Shown here piece by piece: positions 9,504 to 18,795 of a stretch of 64,000 bases of DNA. The notes beneath the pieces were generated by a model. It was not told the DNA's origin. It did no database searches and saw nothing but the letters and a program-made list of their open reading frames with translations. Position numbers and translations under genes: made by a program. The DNA is from Bacteroidales bacterium (GTDB taxonomy: Bacteria > Bacteroidota > Bacteroidia > Bacteroidales > UBA12077): contig JAZBOG010000013.1 in NCBI GenBank assembly GCA_036351015.1, forward strand, positions 2,998 to 66,997, written 5' to 3'. Numbering within the stretch: position 1 is the stretch's first letter; each line of letters starts with the position of its first letter.

Positions 9504-10580
9504 ATGAAAACCATTCAAGCAGTTTTTGAACAATTTAACCTGGAAGGAACCTATCAAGGGGCCACCCCCTACGGTTCAGGACACATTAACGATACCTGGC
9601 TGGTAAAGACCTGCGGAACAGATGCTCCTGACTATATCCTACAACGAAACAATCCCCGGGTATTTACGGATATTCCCCGAATGCTCAGGAATATCAACAG
9701 GATTACCGAATACCTGCAGGCCCGGGAACCGGGATCCCCAAACCTGATCCTATACCCATCTCTCCGTGGAGAGCCTTTTGTTCAGGATAAAGAGGCTTAT
9801 TACTGGAGTGCTTATCCTTTTATCGATGGCGTAAGCTATAACCTTGTCCAAAATGAGCAACTGGCCCTGGAAGGAGGGAAGGCCTGGGGTAATTTTCTCC
9901 GTCAGGTAAAGGATTTTCCTATCCACCAGCTCCAAGTGACGCTTCCGGGTTTTCATAACCTGCAGGAACGATTAATCCAATGGGAGTCAGCCCTTGAGAA
10001 TGACAATAAGCAGCGGGCCAATGCCCGGCCTGAAATGATTGACTTTGTGCTTTCCCGTAAAAAAAGGATGCTTGAATACGAACAGGGCTTATTGAATTCA
10101 TCGGTTCCTCTCCGGGTAACCCATAATGATACAAAATTCAATAACATTTTATTTGACCGGAACGATCATTATCTAACGGTTATTGATTTAGGAACGATTA
10201 TGCCCGGGTATATGGCTTATGATTTCGGGGATGCAATACGTACCATTTGTAATACTTCGGCCGAAGATGAAACAGATCTCAATAAAACGTCCTTTTACCT
10301 GCCTTATTTTAAAGCGTTTACCCGGGGGTATCTTTCCCTTACCCAATCCTTTTTAACCGACCAGGAGCTTGATTTTCTGCCTTTTTCTCCCTTGTTCATG
10401 ACCTACCTGATTGGTTTACGGTTTTTTACCGATTATTTACGCAACGACATCTATTTTAAAACCCGTTATCCGGAGCATAACCTTCAACGAGCCAGGGTCC
10501 AGTTTCAACTGCTGCGTAGTATGGAAAAACAGCAACCCGCCATGATACAATCAATTCAGCACCTTCGTTACCACGGGTAG
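9504..10580 (+). CDS. APH-family phosphotransferase, NahK/anomeric sugar kinase-like
   Basis: It carries the Brenner motif HNDTKFNN (HxDxxxxN) followed by IDLGT (a DxG-like metal site). Its size (358 aa) and context next to a nucleotidyltransferase fit this call. Confidence 0.7.
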   Translation: MKTIQAVFEQFNLEGTYQGATPYGSGHINDTWLVKTCGTDAPDYILQRNNPRVFTDIPRMLRNINRITEYLQAREPGSPNLILYPSLRGEPFVQDKEAYYWSAYPFIDGVSYNLVQNEQLALEGGKAWGNFLRQVKDFPIHQLQVTLPGFHNLQERLIQWESALENDNKQRANARPEMIDFVLSRKKRMLEYEQGLLNSSVPLRVTHNDTKFNNILFDRNDHYLTVIDLGTIMPGYMAYDFGDAIRTICNTSAEDETDLNKTSFYLPYFKAFTRGYLSLTQSFLTDQELDFLPFSPLFMTYLIGLRFFTDYLRNDIYFKTRYPEHNLQRARVQFQLLRSMEKQQPAMIQSIQHLRYHG

Positions 10581-10945
10581 GATTCTTCCCACTCGTTATC
10601 GGTTAAATTGATAGTAATCCGCCGGTCTTCATAGAAATGAATCCCATCATTGGAATAGGTGCTTAATGAAGGATGGTTTGAAGTAACCTGGATGTTGTAA
10701 ATATAATCCCCTTCAGCACTTAAGGTAAATGTCCTGCTGCTCCCGGGTTGAATATTACTGCTGATTCGGTTGGAACCAAACCCCGTATGGGCATAGTAAA
10801 CCCCAGTGATAGCATAGAGGGTGGAAGAATTTTCCACCACAAAGAAAGCCTCTTTCTCAAAAGGTTTTTCACAGGTTATCAGTACTGGAAAAACCAATAC
10901 CATTGAGAAAAGTAGTCCCAGGGAAACGTTTTTTATTTTCATCAT
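10568..10945 (-). CDS. Small secreted hypothetical protein
   Basis: It has a signal-peptide-like N-terminus (MMKIKNVSLGLLFSMVLVFPVLITC) and a beta-rich body. It overlaps the convergent upstream gene end by 13 nt. Confidence 0.5.
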   Translation of the reverse strand: MMKIKNVSLGLLFSMVLVFPVLITCEKPFEKEAFFVVENSSTLYAITGVYYAHTGFGSNRISSNIQPGSSRTFTLSAEGDYIYNIQVTSNHPSLSTYSNDGIHFYEDRRITINLTDNEWEESYPW

Positions 10946-11085
10946 TTATGCGATTAATTTATTGCAAATTAGTCAATGATCACCTGAAAGTCAACAGGTT
11001 AAATAATTTATCCGGAATTCGCACGGTTTTTGTGGCTTCTCTTTAAAAAAATGCTTACATTTATTAACCTATAGAAAACGGTTTC

Positions 11086-11808
11086 ATGAAAAAAGCTTTC
11101 GCTCATCTCTCGGTTTTTGCACTGATCTTCCTTATTGTGGCTGCAATTCCGGTCAACACAATACAGGATCCTTACCAAAAGGTGAGGCAGCGAATGGTCC
11201 GGAACCAGATTGTAGCCCGGGGAATCAAAGATCAGAAAGTAATCCAGGCCATGTTAAATGTGCCACGCCACCTGTTTGTTCCGGAAAGCTACGGGCGGAT
11301 GGCTTATGAAGACCGTCCTTTGCCTATCGGTGAGGGGCAAACCATTTCCCAACCCTATATTGTGGCCCTGATGACAGAAACCCTGGCGCTGGACCCTACG
11401 ATGAAGGTGCTGGAGATCGGAACCGGTTCGGGTTACCAGGCAGCAATCCTCGGGGAAATCGTCCGGGAAGTTTATTCCATAGAAATTATTCAGTCGCTGG
11501 GAACAAAAGCTGAAAACCTGTTAGCCCGCCTGGGATATGATAATATCCACGTTAGAATTGGTGATGGATACCAGGGATGGCCCGGGAAAGCCCCCTTTGA
11601 TGCCATTATTGTTACCTGTGCACCCACTGATATTCCCAAACCCCTGGAAGAGCAACTCAGAGAGGGCGGACGAATGATCATTCCCGTAGGAGGCAGTATT
11701 GTTCAGGAGTTGGCGCTGCTGGAGAAAAAAGACGGAAAAATGATTAAGAAAGTGGTTGCCCCCGTGCGTTTTGTGCCCATGGTCCGCCAGGACGGAAAAC
11801 AATATTAA
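11086..11808 (+). CDS. pcm: Protein-L-isoaspartate O-methyltransferase (with N-terminal signal/anchor)
   Basis: It has the Pcm family pattern QTISQPYIVALMTE and the SAM motif LEIGTGSGYQAA. Confidence 0.9.
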   Translation: MKKAFAHLSVFALIFLIVAAIPVNTIQDPYQKVRQRMVRNQIVARGIKDQKVIQAMLNVPRHLFVPESYGRMAYEDRPLPIGEGQTISQPYIVALMTETLALDPTMKVLEIGTGSGYQAAILGEIVREVYSIEIIQSLGTKAENLLARLGYDNIHVRIGDGYQGWPGKAPFDAIIVTCAPTDIPKPLEEQLREGGRMIIPVGGSIVQELALLEKKDGKMIKKVVAPVRFVPMVRQDGKQY

Positions 11809-11853
11809 GATTGCCAATCGTTCAGAGATCTTTTTTCTCAAACAATATCTTGA

Positions 11854-12297
11854 TCAAATGATTTTCAGTTTTATCCATCCAAGAGTATAAATCAATGACC
11901 ACAACACTTGTCCTAAAAACAGGTAAAGATAGCTGCTCTTTTTTTTACCGTAATATTTTACATTCAAAAAAGCACCTACAGGAATCGACAGGATCACAGG
12001 GGTTAAAATAACAATTCCGGGGAGACCGTATTTTTTCTTAAGAATGATTAACCGGCGGTTACGTTTACCAAATGTTTTTCGTTTTTTTGTTTTGCAGCGC
12101 CAATTCTCCGGCCAGTAATGATCAAATAAGGAAAGTAAGCCCCTGGATAAGAAAGAAAAGAAGATTAACCCGAGAAGTCCGCCAAGGTTAGTATACAAAA
12201 GGGTTTCGTAAGAAGACATCTGAAATACATAGATGGCAACAGGAAAGGTAGCTGCAAATTTCCAGGTAGCAGAAAAGATAACAATCAGTTCTTTCAT
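11854..12297 (-). CDS. Small integral membrane protein, unknown function
   Basis: It has about 4 hydrophobic segments with a basic loop (KTKKRKTFGKRNRR). Confidence 0.5.
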   Translation of the reverse strand: MKELIVIFSATWKFAATFPVAIYVFQMSSYETLLYTNLGGLLGLIFFSFLSRGLLSLFDHYWPENWRCKTKKRKTFGKRNRRLIILKKKYGLPGIVILTPVILSIPVGAFLNVKYYGKKKSSYLYLFLGQVLWSLIYTLGWIKLKII

Positions 12298-12389
12298 GAT
12301 GAATAAAATTACTGAATTATAACAAATTTATTATTTTTTATTGATTTTAATTTACATCTTTGTATCTATATTATTAGATATTTACAATT

Positions 12390-12638
12390 ATGAAGTTTAA
12401 AAAATTAGAATTACAGGACGAGACCAACTGGCTGAAAAGGTTGATTAAATCACCCCAGACCAAAAAGACTATCTTGTTTACCATCCTGGGTGCGGGAGCA
12501 GGATTTCTCTATTTTTATATAAGTAAAGGAAGAGCGATGAATATCATGGAACCTGGCGAAATTATCCAAAGCCTGTTGGTGGGTGGTTTTTTTGGTTTTT
12601 TTATTACCAACAGCCCGTGTGCCAGGAACCGGTGTTAG
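12390..12638 (+). CDS. Small membrane protein, unknown function
   Basis: The 82-aa product has two hydrophobic segments. It is the last gene before the AT-rich spacer that opens the accessory block. Confidence 0.4.
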   Translation: MKFKKLELQDETNWLKRLIKSPQTKKTILFTILGAGAGFLYFYISKGRAMNIMEPGEIIQSLLVGGFFGFFITNSPCARNRC

Positions 12639-12797
12639 TTAGACAACAATATCTTAAATTGCTTTGAACTAAATACTGAGAATTTACAGGTAGATTAATT
12701 AATATTCCAATTCCTGCAGTATACTCAGGATTTAAAATTTTACAAATTCCTTATTATTAAACATTTTAATATAACTTCTTTTTTTGCTCTTTTTTGT

Positions 12798-12805
12798 TAA
12801 CTTTG
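12798..12805 (+). promoter_or_regulatory. Bacteroidota-type -7 promoter box (TAACTTTG) upstream of hsdR
   Basis: It matches the TAnnTTTG consensus and ends 35 nt upstream of the hsdR ATG, inside an AT-rich spacer. Confidence 0.35.
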
Positions 12806-12840
12806 AATTTACTGATTAATACCTTGTAGATTCAAGTATA

Positions 12841-15636
12841 ATGAGCCCGACAGAAGCAGTAACCAGAAAACAAATCATTGATATCAAGTTAAAAGATGCT
12901 GGGTGGAACGTGAAAGACCGTTCACAAGTAATCGAAGAATTTGATATTGAAGTAGGACTTCCTGAAGGTGTTTCTGAACCGCGAACAGAATATGATGGTC
13001 ATCAGTTCAGTGATTATGTGTTAGTAGGAAAAGATGGCAAACCGCTTGCCGTTGTTGAAGCAAAAAGAACTACCAAAGATGCTGAAATAGGTCGTGAACA
13101 AGCTAAACAATACTGCCAAAATATCGCAAATCAGAATGGGGGTGAACTTCCATTTTGTTTTTATACTAATGGATTAGAAATCTACTTTTGGGATTTAGGG
13201 AATTATCCACCTCGAAAAGTGGTTGGATTTCCTACCAGGGAAGACTTAGAACGTTATCAATACGTAAGAAAAAACAGGAAACCTTTGGCTGATGAACTAA
13301 TCAATCCGAATATTGCCGGGCGTGATTACCAAATGACTGCCATTAGAACTGTGATGGAATCTTTAGAAAAAAAACATCGCAAGTTTTTATTGGTAATGGC
13401 TACTGGAACAGGTAAAACAAGAACCTGTATTGCATTTGTGGATGCTTTAATGCGAGCTGGTTGGGCAGAACGAGTTTTATTCCTTGTTGATCGTATTGCT
13501 TTAAGAAATCAAGCAATAGATGCTTTTAAAGAACATCTGCCTAATGAACCACGTTGGCCCAATCCTGAAGATAAAGAGATTGAAAAGAATCGTCGAATAT
13601 ATGTATCGACATACCCAACGATGTTGAATATAATCCGCAGTGATAAAGCTTTATCTCCGCATTTTTTCGATCTAATAGTAATAGACGAGAGCCATCGTTC
13701 CATTTACAATACGTATCAGGAAGTATTGGACTATTTCAATACCATAAGCCTGGGTTTAACAGCTACACCAACCGATGTAATCGATCATAATACATTTGAT
13801 CTGTTCAATTGTGAAGATGGCATGCCAACGTTTGCCTATTCTTATGAAGAAGCTATAAACCACGAACCACCATACTTATGCGATTTTCAAGTAATGAAAT
13901 TGCACACTAAATTTCAGGTTGAAGGAATTAGTAAACGTACAATCAGCCTTGAAGATCAAAAAAGATTGATTCTGGAAGGAAAAGATGTAGAAGAAATCAA
14001 TTTTGAAGGAACGGACCTTGAAAAGAAAGTAATCAATAAGGGTACAAATACGCTTATCGTAAAGCAGTTTATGGAAGAGTGTATTAAAGATCCTAATGGT
14101 GTATTACCTGGTAAAACCATTTTCTTTTGCTCTTCGATGAAACATGCCCGAAGGATTGAAAAAATATTTGATGCACTATATCCTGAATACAAAGGCGACC
14201 TGGCAAAAGTAATTGTTTCAGACGACCCACGAGTTTATGGCAAAGGTGGATTATTGCACCAGTTTACTCACAGCGATATGCCCCGAGTGGCAATTAGTGT
14301 AGATATGCTTGATACAGGGATTGATGTGCGTGAGATTGTAAATCTTGTATTTGCAAAACCTGTATATTCCTATACCAAATTCTGGCAAATGATTGGTCGT
14401 GGAACTCGTTTATTAGAACCCAAGAAAATCAAACCCTGGTGCCCTGAAAAGGATGTTTTCCTGATTATTGATTGCTGGGATAACTTCGAGTATTTCAAAT
14501 TAACTCCAAAAGGAAAAGAATTAAAACCATCATTGCCTTTACCGGTTAAATTGGTTGGTATCAGATTGGATAAAATCGAAAAAGCAAAAGATACCAATCA
14601 TACTGAAATAGCTCAAAAAGAAATTGAAAAACTACGAAATCAGATAAGCGAATTACCTGAAAAATCCATTGTTATTCAGGATGCTGCAACAGATTTAGAG
14701 AAATTAAAAGATGAAAATTTCTGGATCAATCTATCTCATGATAAAATTGAATTCTTGAGAACCAATATCAAACCATTATTCAGAACAGTATCACAAAGCG
14801 ATTTTAAACGCATGCGTTTTGAAAAAGATGTATTGGAGACATCATTGGCTCACCTGGAAGAAGAAAAAGAAAAATTCGATGCTTTAAAGGATAATTTAAC
14901 CGAACAGATCAGTGAATTACCATTATCGGTTAATATTGTTGCACTTGAAAAGGATTTAATCAAAAAAGCTCAAACCAATCAATATTGGGTTACAGTAACG
15001 GATGATTTAATGGATGAACTGATTGAACGAATTGGACCTTTGATGAAATACAGGCAAGGAGAAGAAAAAACGGGTCCTGTAAGGCTTAATCTACAAGACG
15101 AAATCGTAAAAAAAGAGTTTGTTGAATTTGGTCCTGAACATGAATCGGTGAGTATTACCAAATACCGTGAAATGGTGGAAGAAAAGATCCGTGAACTGAC
15201 TGCCAATAATCCTATCCTTCAAAAATTAAAGGAAGGAATGGATATCAACGAGCAGGAAGCCGAACTCCTGGCTGAGCAGTTACACGATGAAGATCCTTAC
15301 ATTACTCTTGATTTGCTGCAAAAAGTGTATAAAAACCGCAGAGCTAAGTTTATCCAGTTTATCAAGCATATTTTAGGAATTGAAGTCTTGAAAAGTTTTC
15401 CTGAAACCGTAAGTGAATCTATAGATCAATTTATTCAGGAACATAATTATTTATCGACACGACAATTGGAGTTTATTAATCTTTTAAGAGATTATATCAT
15501 ACAACGTGGAAAAATTCAAAAAAAGGACCTTATTCAGGCTCCATTTACGGTAATTCATCCCCAAGGTATACGAGGTGTGTTTTCACCCAAAGAAATTGAA
15601 GAAATTCTTACACTTACACAAGAACTGGTAGCTTAA
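12841..15636 (+). CDS. hsdR: Type I restriction enzyme R subunit (EcoEI/IB-like C-terminus)
   Basis: The N-terminal HSDR_N nuclease has SDYVLVG...AVVEAKR (D...ExK). Helicase motifs are MATGTGKT (I), VIDESHR (II) and LGLTATP (III). The C-terminal block (STRQLEFINLLRDYIIQRG...FTVIHPQGIRGVF) resembles the EcoEI R C-terminal domain. Confidence 0.92.
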   Translation: MSPTEAVTRKQIIDIKLKDAGWNVKDRSQVIEEFDIEVGLPEGVSEPRTEYDGHQFSDYVLVGKDGKPLAVVEAKRTTKDAEIGREQAKQYCQNIANQNGGELPFCFYTNGLEIYFWDLGNYPPRKVVGFPTREDLERYQYVRKNRKPLADELINPNIAGRDYQMTAIRTVMESLEKKHRKFLLVMATGTGKTRTCIAFVDALMRAGWAERVLFLVDRIALRNQAIDAFKEHLPNEPRWPNPEDKEIEKNRRIYVSTYPTMLNIIRSDKALSPHFFDLIVIDESHRSIYNTYQEVLDYFNTISLGLTATPTDVIDHNTFDLFNCEDGMPTFAYSYEEAINHEPPYLCDFQVMKLHTKFQVEGISKRTISLEDQKRLILEGKDVEEINFEGTDLEKKVINKGTNTLIVKQFMEECIKDPNGVLPGKTIFFCSSMKHARRIEKIFDALYPEYKGDLAKVIVSDDPRVYGKGGLLHQFTHSDMPRVAISVDMLDTGIDVREIVNLVFAKPVYSYTKFWQMIGRGTRLLEPKKIKPWCPEKDVFLIIDCWDNFEYFKLTPKGKELKPSLPLPVKLVGIRLDKIEKAKDTNHTEIAQKEIEKLRNQISELPEKSIVIQDAATDLEKLKDENFWINLSHDKIEFLRTNIKPLFRTVSQSDFKRMRFEKDVLETSLAHLEEEKEKFDALKDNLTEQISELPLSVNIVALEKDLIKKAQTNQYWVTVTDDLMDELIERIGPLMKYRQGEEKTGPVRLNLQDEIVKKEFVEFGPEHESVSITKYREMVEEKIRELTANNPILQKLKEGMDINEQEAELLAEQLHDEDPYITLDLLQKVYKNRRAKFIQFIKHILGIEVLKSFPETVSESIDQFIQEHNYLSTRQLEFINLLRDYIIQRGKIQKKDLIQAPFTVIHPQGIRGVFSPKEIEEILTLTQELVA

Positions 15637-15692
15637 TGTGTTTAAATGAATTTTATATGGAAAATATTGCCTTAAAAATGAATAACTGGTTT

Positions 15693-15757
15693 TTATCGAT
15701 TAATAAGTCGATAAATATTTTTTATTCCATTAAAAATCGATAAATTTACTATATTTG
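15693..15757 (+). promoter_or_regulatory. Internal promoter/operator-like region in the hsdR-to-cassette spacer
   Basis: There is an inverted repeat TTATCGA-N8-TCGATAA (15693-15714) and a third ATCGATAAA half-site (15736-15744). A TATATTTG box (15750-15757, TAnnTTTG) ends 15 nt upstream of the ATG at 15773. Confidence 0.4.
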
Positions 15758-15772
15758 TAAAAAATTATAGTT

Positions 15773-16465
15773 ATGAAAAAAGCAGTAATTTCAGGAGACA
15801 TAGTTGCATACACAAGCTTAAGAACTAAAGATAAAGATTTAATTGACAGTGCTTTAAAGAATCTAATAAAAGAGTTAGAAGCAAGGTTTGATGCATTTTC
15901 AAGAATAATAAAAGGTGATTATATAGAATGCTATGTGCCTGATCCTAAAAATGCTTTAAGAGCTGCATTATGTATAAAAAGCTATATAAAATCCATATCA
16001 CAGGATATAAAAGATAAAAATAGGCGCTTAAACGCTTTTAAAACACATGGTATACGATTAGCGATTGGGATAGGGGAAATAAACCGATTTGATAAGGAAA
16101 AAGGAATAATTGATGGTGAAGCGATTTATTTTTCCGGAAGAATCATTAACAAAAGTAGAACCACTTCAGATAAAAAGAGAATCGTTATTAAGAAGACATT
16201 ATTCATTCAATCAAATAATCAGGATTTTGACCAAACAGTGGAAGTTATTCTCGGGCTCCTGGATGTATTCATAAGCAAAGCTACAGCTAAGCAATGTTCT
16301 GTTTTATACCTAAAATTAATAGGCAATACAGAGGATGAAATAACCGAAAAACTGAAATTAAAGTCACAGTCAACAGTTAACAAACATTCTACATCCATAG
16401 GCTGGAATGCTATAGAAGATGCTGTATTGTGGTTTGAAAAACAATTAATGGAAAATAATAAATAA
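15773..16465 (+). CDS. SatD-like protein: nucleotidyl-cyclase-homology core + C-terminal HTH
   Basis: AVISGDIVAYTSL aligns residue-for-residue with the class III cyclase motif xVLFADIVGFTxL. IIKGDYIECYV supplies the second GD. RLAIGIGEI resembles RIGIHTGEV, and GEAIYFSGRI resembles GdtVNlAARl but with Tyr in place of the Asn. The C-terminus (KQCSVLYLKLIGNTEDEITEKLKLKSQSTVNKH) is LuxR/sigma-r4-like. Confidence 0.7.
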   Translation: MKKAVISGDIVAYTSLRTKDKDLIDSALKNLIKELEARFDAFSRIIKGDYIECYVPDPKNALRAALCIKSYIKSISQDIKDKNRRLNAFKTHGIRLAIGIGEINRFDKEKGIIDGEAIYFSGRIINKSRTTSDKKRIVIKKTLFIQSNNQDFDQTVEVILGLLDVFISKATAKQCSVLYLKLIGNTEDEITEKLKLKSQSTVNKHSTSIGWNAIEDAVLWFEKQLMENNK

Positions 16466-17196
16466 TGGATTTTTATAAACTTTTTATTTTACAACTTATC
16501 GGGCATATTCTGGCAGATTTCTTTTTTCAGAGTGATTTATGGTCCAGGCATAAAAGAAGGTATGGATTTCGATCAAAAATTATGTACTGGCATGTTTTGA
16601 TTGTATTTCTAACTTCTTATGTACTTTCTTTTCAGTGGAATTTTATTTGGGCATCAGGCCTTATTCTTTTTATACACCTGCTCGTTGATGCTTTAAAGCT
16701 TAATATAGGCAGAATAAAAATTGACAAATCAAATCCATTCAGGAATTTTACATTTTTTATCGACCAAATATTACATATACTAACCATCTGGTTTGTAGTT
16801 TATATTTTCTCAAAATATGCTACAATAAATCCTGTAATAAACATTTCTGTAGCAAATTCTACCTTAGTTATCGTACTCGCATATTTACTTTGCTTAAAAC
16901 CTACAAATATTCTTATCAGAGAGGTATTCTCCATATATCGAATAAAAATTAAGAAGCAACCTGATGAAGATCTGTTAAATGCCGGTAAACTCATTGGAAA
17001 TATCGAGCGCATTTTGACTTTAACGCTTCTTCTTATTGGCCAGTACGAAGCCATAGGTTTTATCATTGCCGGTAAGTCTATTTTACGTTACGAGGGAGTA
17101 AAAACATCCAAAACAGAATATGTGCTTATAGGTACATTGCTAAGTTTTGGAATCGCCATATTAATTGGAATAATAGTTACCAAAATAAATATATAG
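16465..17196 (+). CDS. DUF3307-like polytopic membrane protein
   Basis: The start overlaps the upstream stop (TAATG). The N-terminal HILADFFFQ and the later GKLIGNIERILTLTLL...AGKSILRY...EYVLIGTLLSF fit my memory of the DUF3307 pattern. It has about 6-7 hydrophobic segments and ends 9 nt before hsdM. Confidence 0.7.
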   Translation: MDFYKLFILQLIGHILADFFFQSDLWSRHKRRYGFRSKIMYWHVLIVFLTSYVLSFQWNFIWASGLILFIHLLVDALKLNIGRIKIDKSNPFRNFTFFIDQILHILTIWFVVYIFSKYATINPVINISVANSTLVIVLAYLLCLKPTNILIREVFSIYRIKIKKQPDEDLLNAGKLIGNIERILTLTLLLIGQYEAIGFIIAGKSILRYEGVKTSKTEYVLIGTLLSFGIAILIGIIVTKINI

Positions 17197-17205
17197 CCAA
17201 CATCC

Positions 17206-18795
17206 ATGTTACAAAATAATGCTCAAATAAAATCATTAATCGATAAGCTTTGGAATCAGTTCTGGAGTGGTGGTATATCCAATCCTTTAACAGCCATTGA
17301 ACAAATTACCTATTTATTGTTCATGAAACGTTTAGATGATCTGGATTCGAAACGTAAAGCGGATGCCGAATTTACAGGCGAAACCTATAAATCGAAATTT
17401 GTAGGAGAGTGGTTGCCCCCCGGAATGGAAGATAAAAAGGAAAATTATGTGGATAAAGACAGCCTGCGATGGAGCAATTTCAAGCATATGAAAGCCGAAG
17501 ATATGCTTCAGCATGTGCAACTAAAAGTGTTTCCTTTCCTGAAAACCTTGAATGGAGAAACATCACAGTTTACGAAGCACATAGCAAATGCCGTGTTTAT
17601 TATTCCTAAAGCAAGTTTACTGGTTGAAGCCATTAAAACCATCGAAGAGATTTTTATTGAGATGGATAAGGATGCCGAAAAAGGTGGACAGGCATTTCAG
17701 GATATACAGGGTGATGTGTACGAATACCTGTTGAGTGAAATAGCAGCGGCAGGTAAAAACGGGCAATTCCGAACTCCACGCCATATTATTAAATTAATGG
17801 CTGAATTGGTGCAACCCCAATTAGGGCAGCGTATTGCCGACCCAGCATGTGGCACAGGCGGTTTCTTATTGGGAGCATACCAGTACATTGTGACACAGCT
17901 AAATAAAGATAAAAGCAAGTTAAAACCTGACGAAGATGGTTTTTTCCGTAGCTCTGTGAGTGGAATGCTAACTGAAAAAGTAAAAGATATTCTTGACCAG
18001 AGTATTTTTGGCTATGATGTAGATACTACCATGGTTCGCTTAGGATTAATGAACCTGATGATGCATGGTTTTGAAGACCCTAACATTGATTATACCGATA
18101 CTTTAAGCAAAAGCTACAACGAAGAAAACACCTACGATATAGTGATGGCAAACCCGCCGTTTACAGGCAGTATTGATAAAGGCGATATTAACGAAAGCTT
18201 TAAAACTGCTACCACCAAAACCGAATTATTGTTTGTTGAGCGAATTTTTAACATGCTAAAAATAGGTGGAACAGCAGCCGTGGTTGTGCCACAAGGCGTT
18301 TTATTTGGCTCCGGCAAAGCATTCAAACAAGTTCGGCAATTAATTATAGAGCAAGCCGAATTAAAAGCAGTAATAGCGGTGCCAAGCGGAGTATTCAAAC
18401 CTTATGCAGGAGTAAGTACCGCTATATTAGTATTTACCAAAGGTGGTGAAACAAATGATGTTTGGTTTTACGATATGCAAAGCGATGGATACAGTTTAGA
18501 TGATAAACGAGCAAAGCTGGATAATAACGGTGATTTACAGGATATTGTTGTACAATTTAACAATAGAAATAGAAATAAAAAAGAAAACAGTAAAAACAAC
18601 AGCCGCAAAGCAAAACATTTCTTTGTGCCTAAAAAGGATATTGTAGATGAAGGCTATGATTTAAGCATATCCCGTTACAAAGAAGATAATTTTGAAGAAA
18701 TAGAATATGAATCTCCTATGAAAATTCTTGAAAAATTGGAAAAAATAGAGAATGAGATAACCCAGGAGTTTAATGTCATAAAGGAGATGTTTTAA
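17206..18795 (+). CDS. hsdM: Type I R-M N6-adenine DNA methyltransferase subunit
   Basis: It has the HsdM_N pattern (LWNQFWSGGISNPLTAIEQITYLLFMKRLDD), SAM motif I DPACGTGGFL and catalytic motif IV NPPF (VMANPPFTGS). Confidence 0.95.
   Translation: MLQNNAQIKSLIDKLWNQFWSGGISNPLTAIEQITYLLFMKRLDDLDSKRKADAEFTGETYKSKFVGEWLPPGMEDKKENYVDKDSLRWSNFKHMKAEDMLQHVQLKVFPFLKTLNGETSQFTKHIANAVFIIPKASLLVEAIKTIEEIFIEMDKDAEKGGQAFQDIQGDVYEYLLSEIAAAGKNGQFRTPRHIIKLMAELVQPQLGQRIADPACGTGGFLLGAYQYIVTQLNKDKSKLKPDEDGFFRSSVSGMLTEKVKDILDQSIFGYDVDTTMVRLGLMNLMMHGFEDPNIDYTDTLSKSYNEENTYDIVMANPPFTGSIDKGDINESFKTATTKTELLFVERIFNMLKIGGTAAVVVPQGVLFGSGKAFKQVRQLIIEQAELKAVIAVPSGVFKPYAGVSTAILVFTKGGETNDVWFYDMQSDGYSLDDKRAKLDNNGDLQDIVVQFNNRNRNKKENSKNNSRKAKHFFVPKKDIVDEGYDLSISRYKEDNFEEIEYESPMKILEKLEKIENEITQEFNVIKEMF

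Noticed and set aside
12637-12660. A shared octamer TTAGACAA occurs near both island edges (about 12643 and about 29476), which could be a target-site duplication.
   Set aside because: Eight nucleotides in AT-rich DNA is expected by chance, and there is no extended repeat around them.
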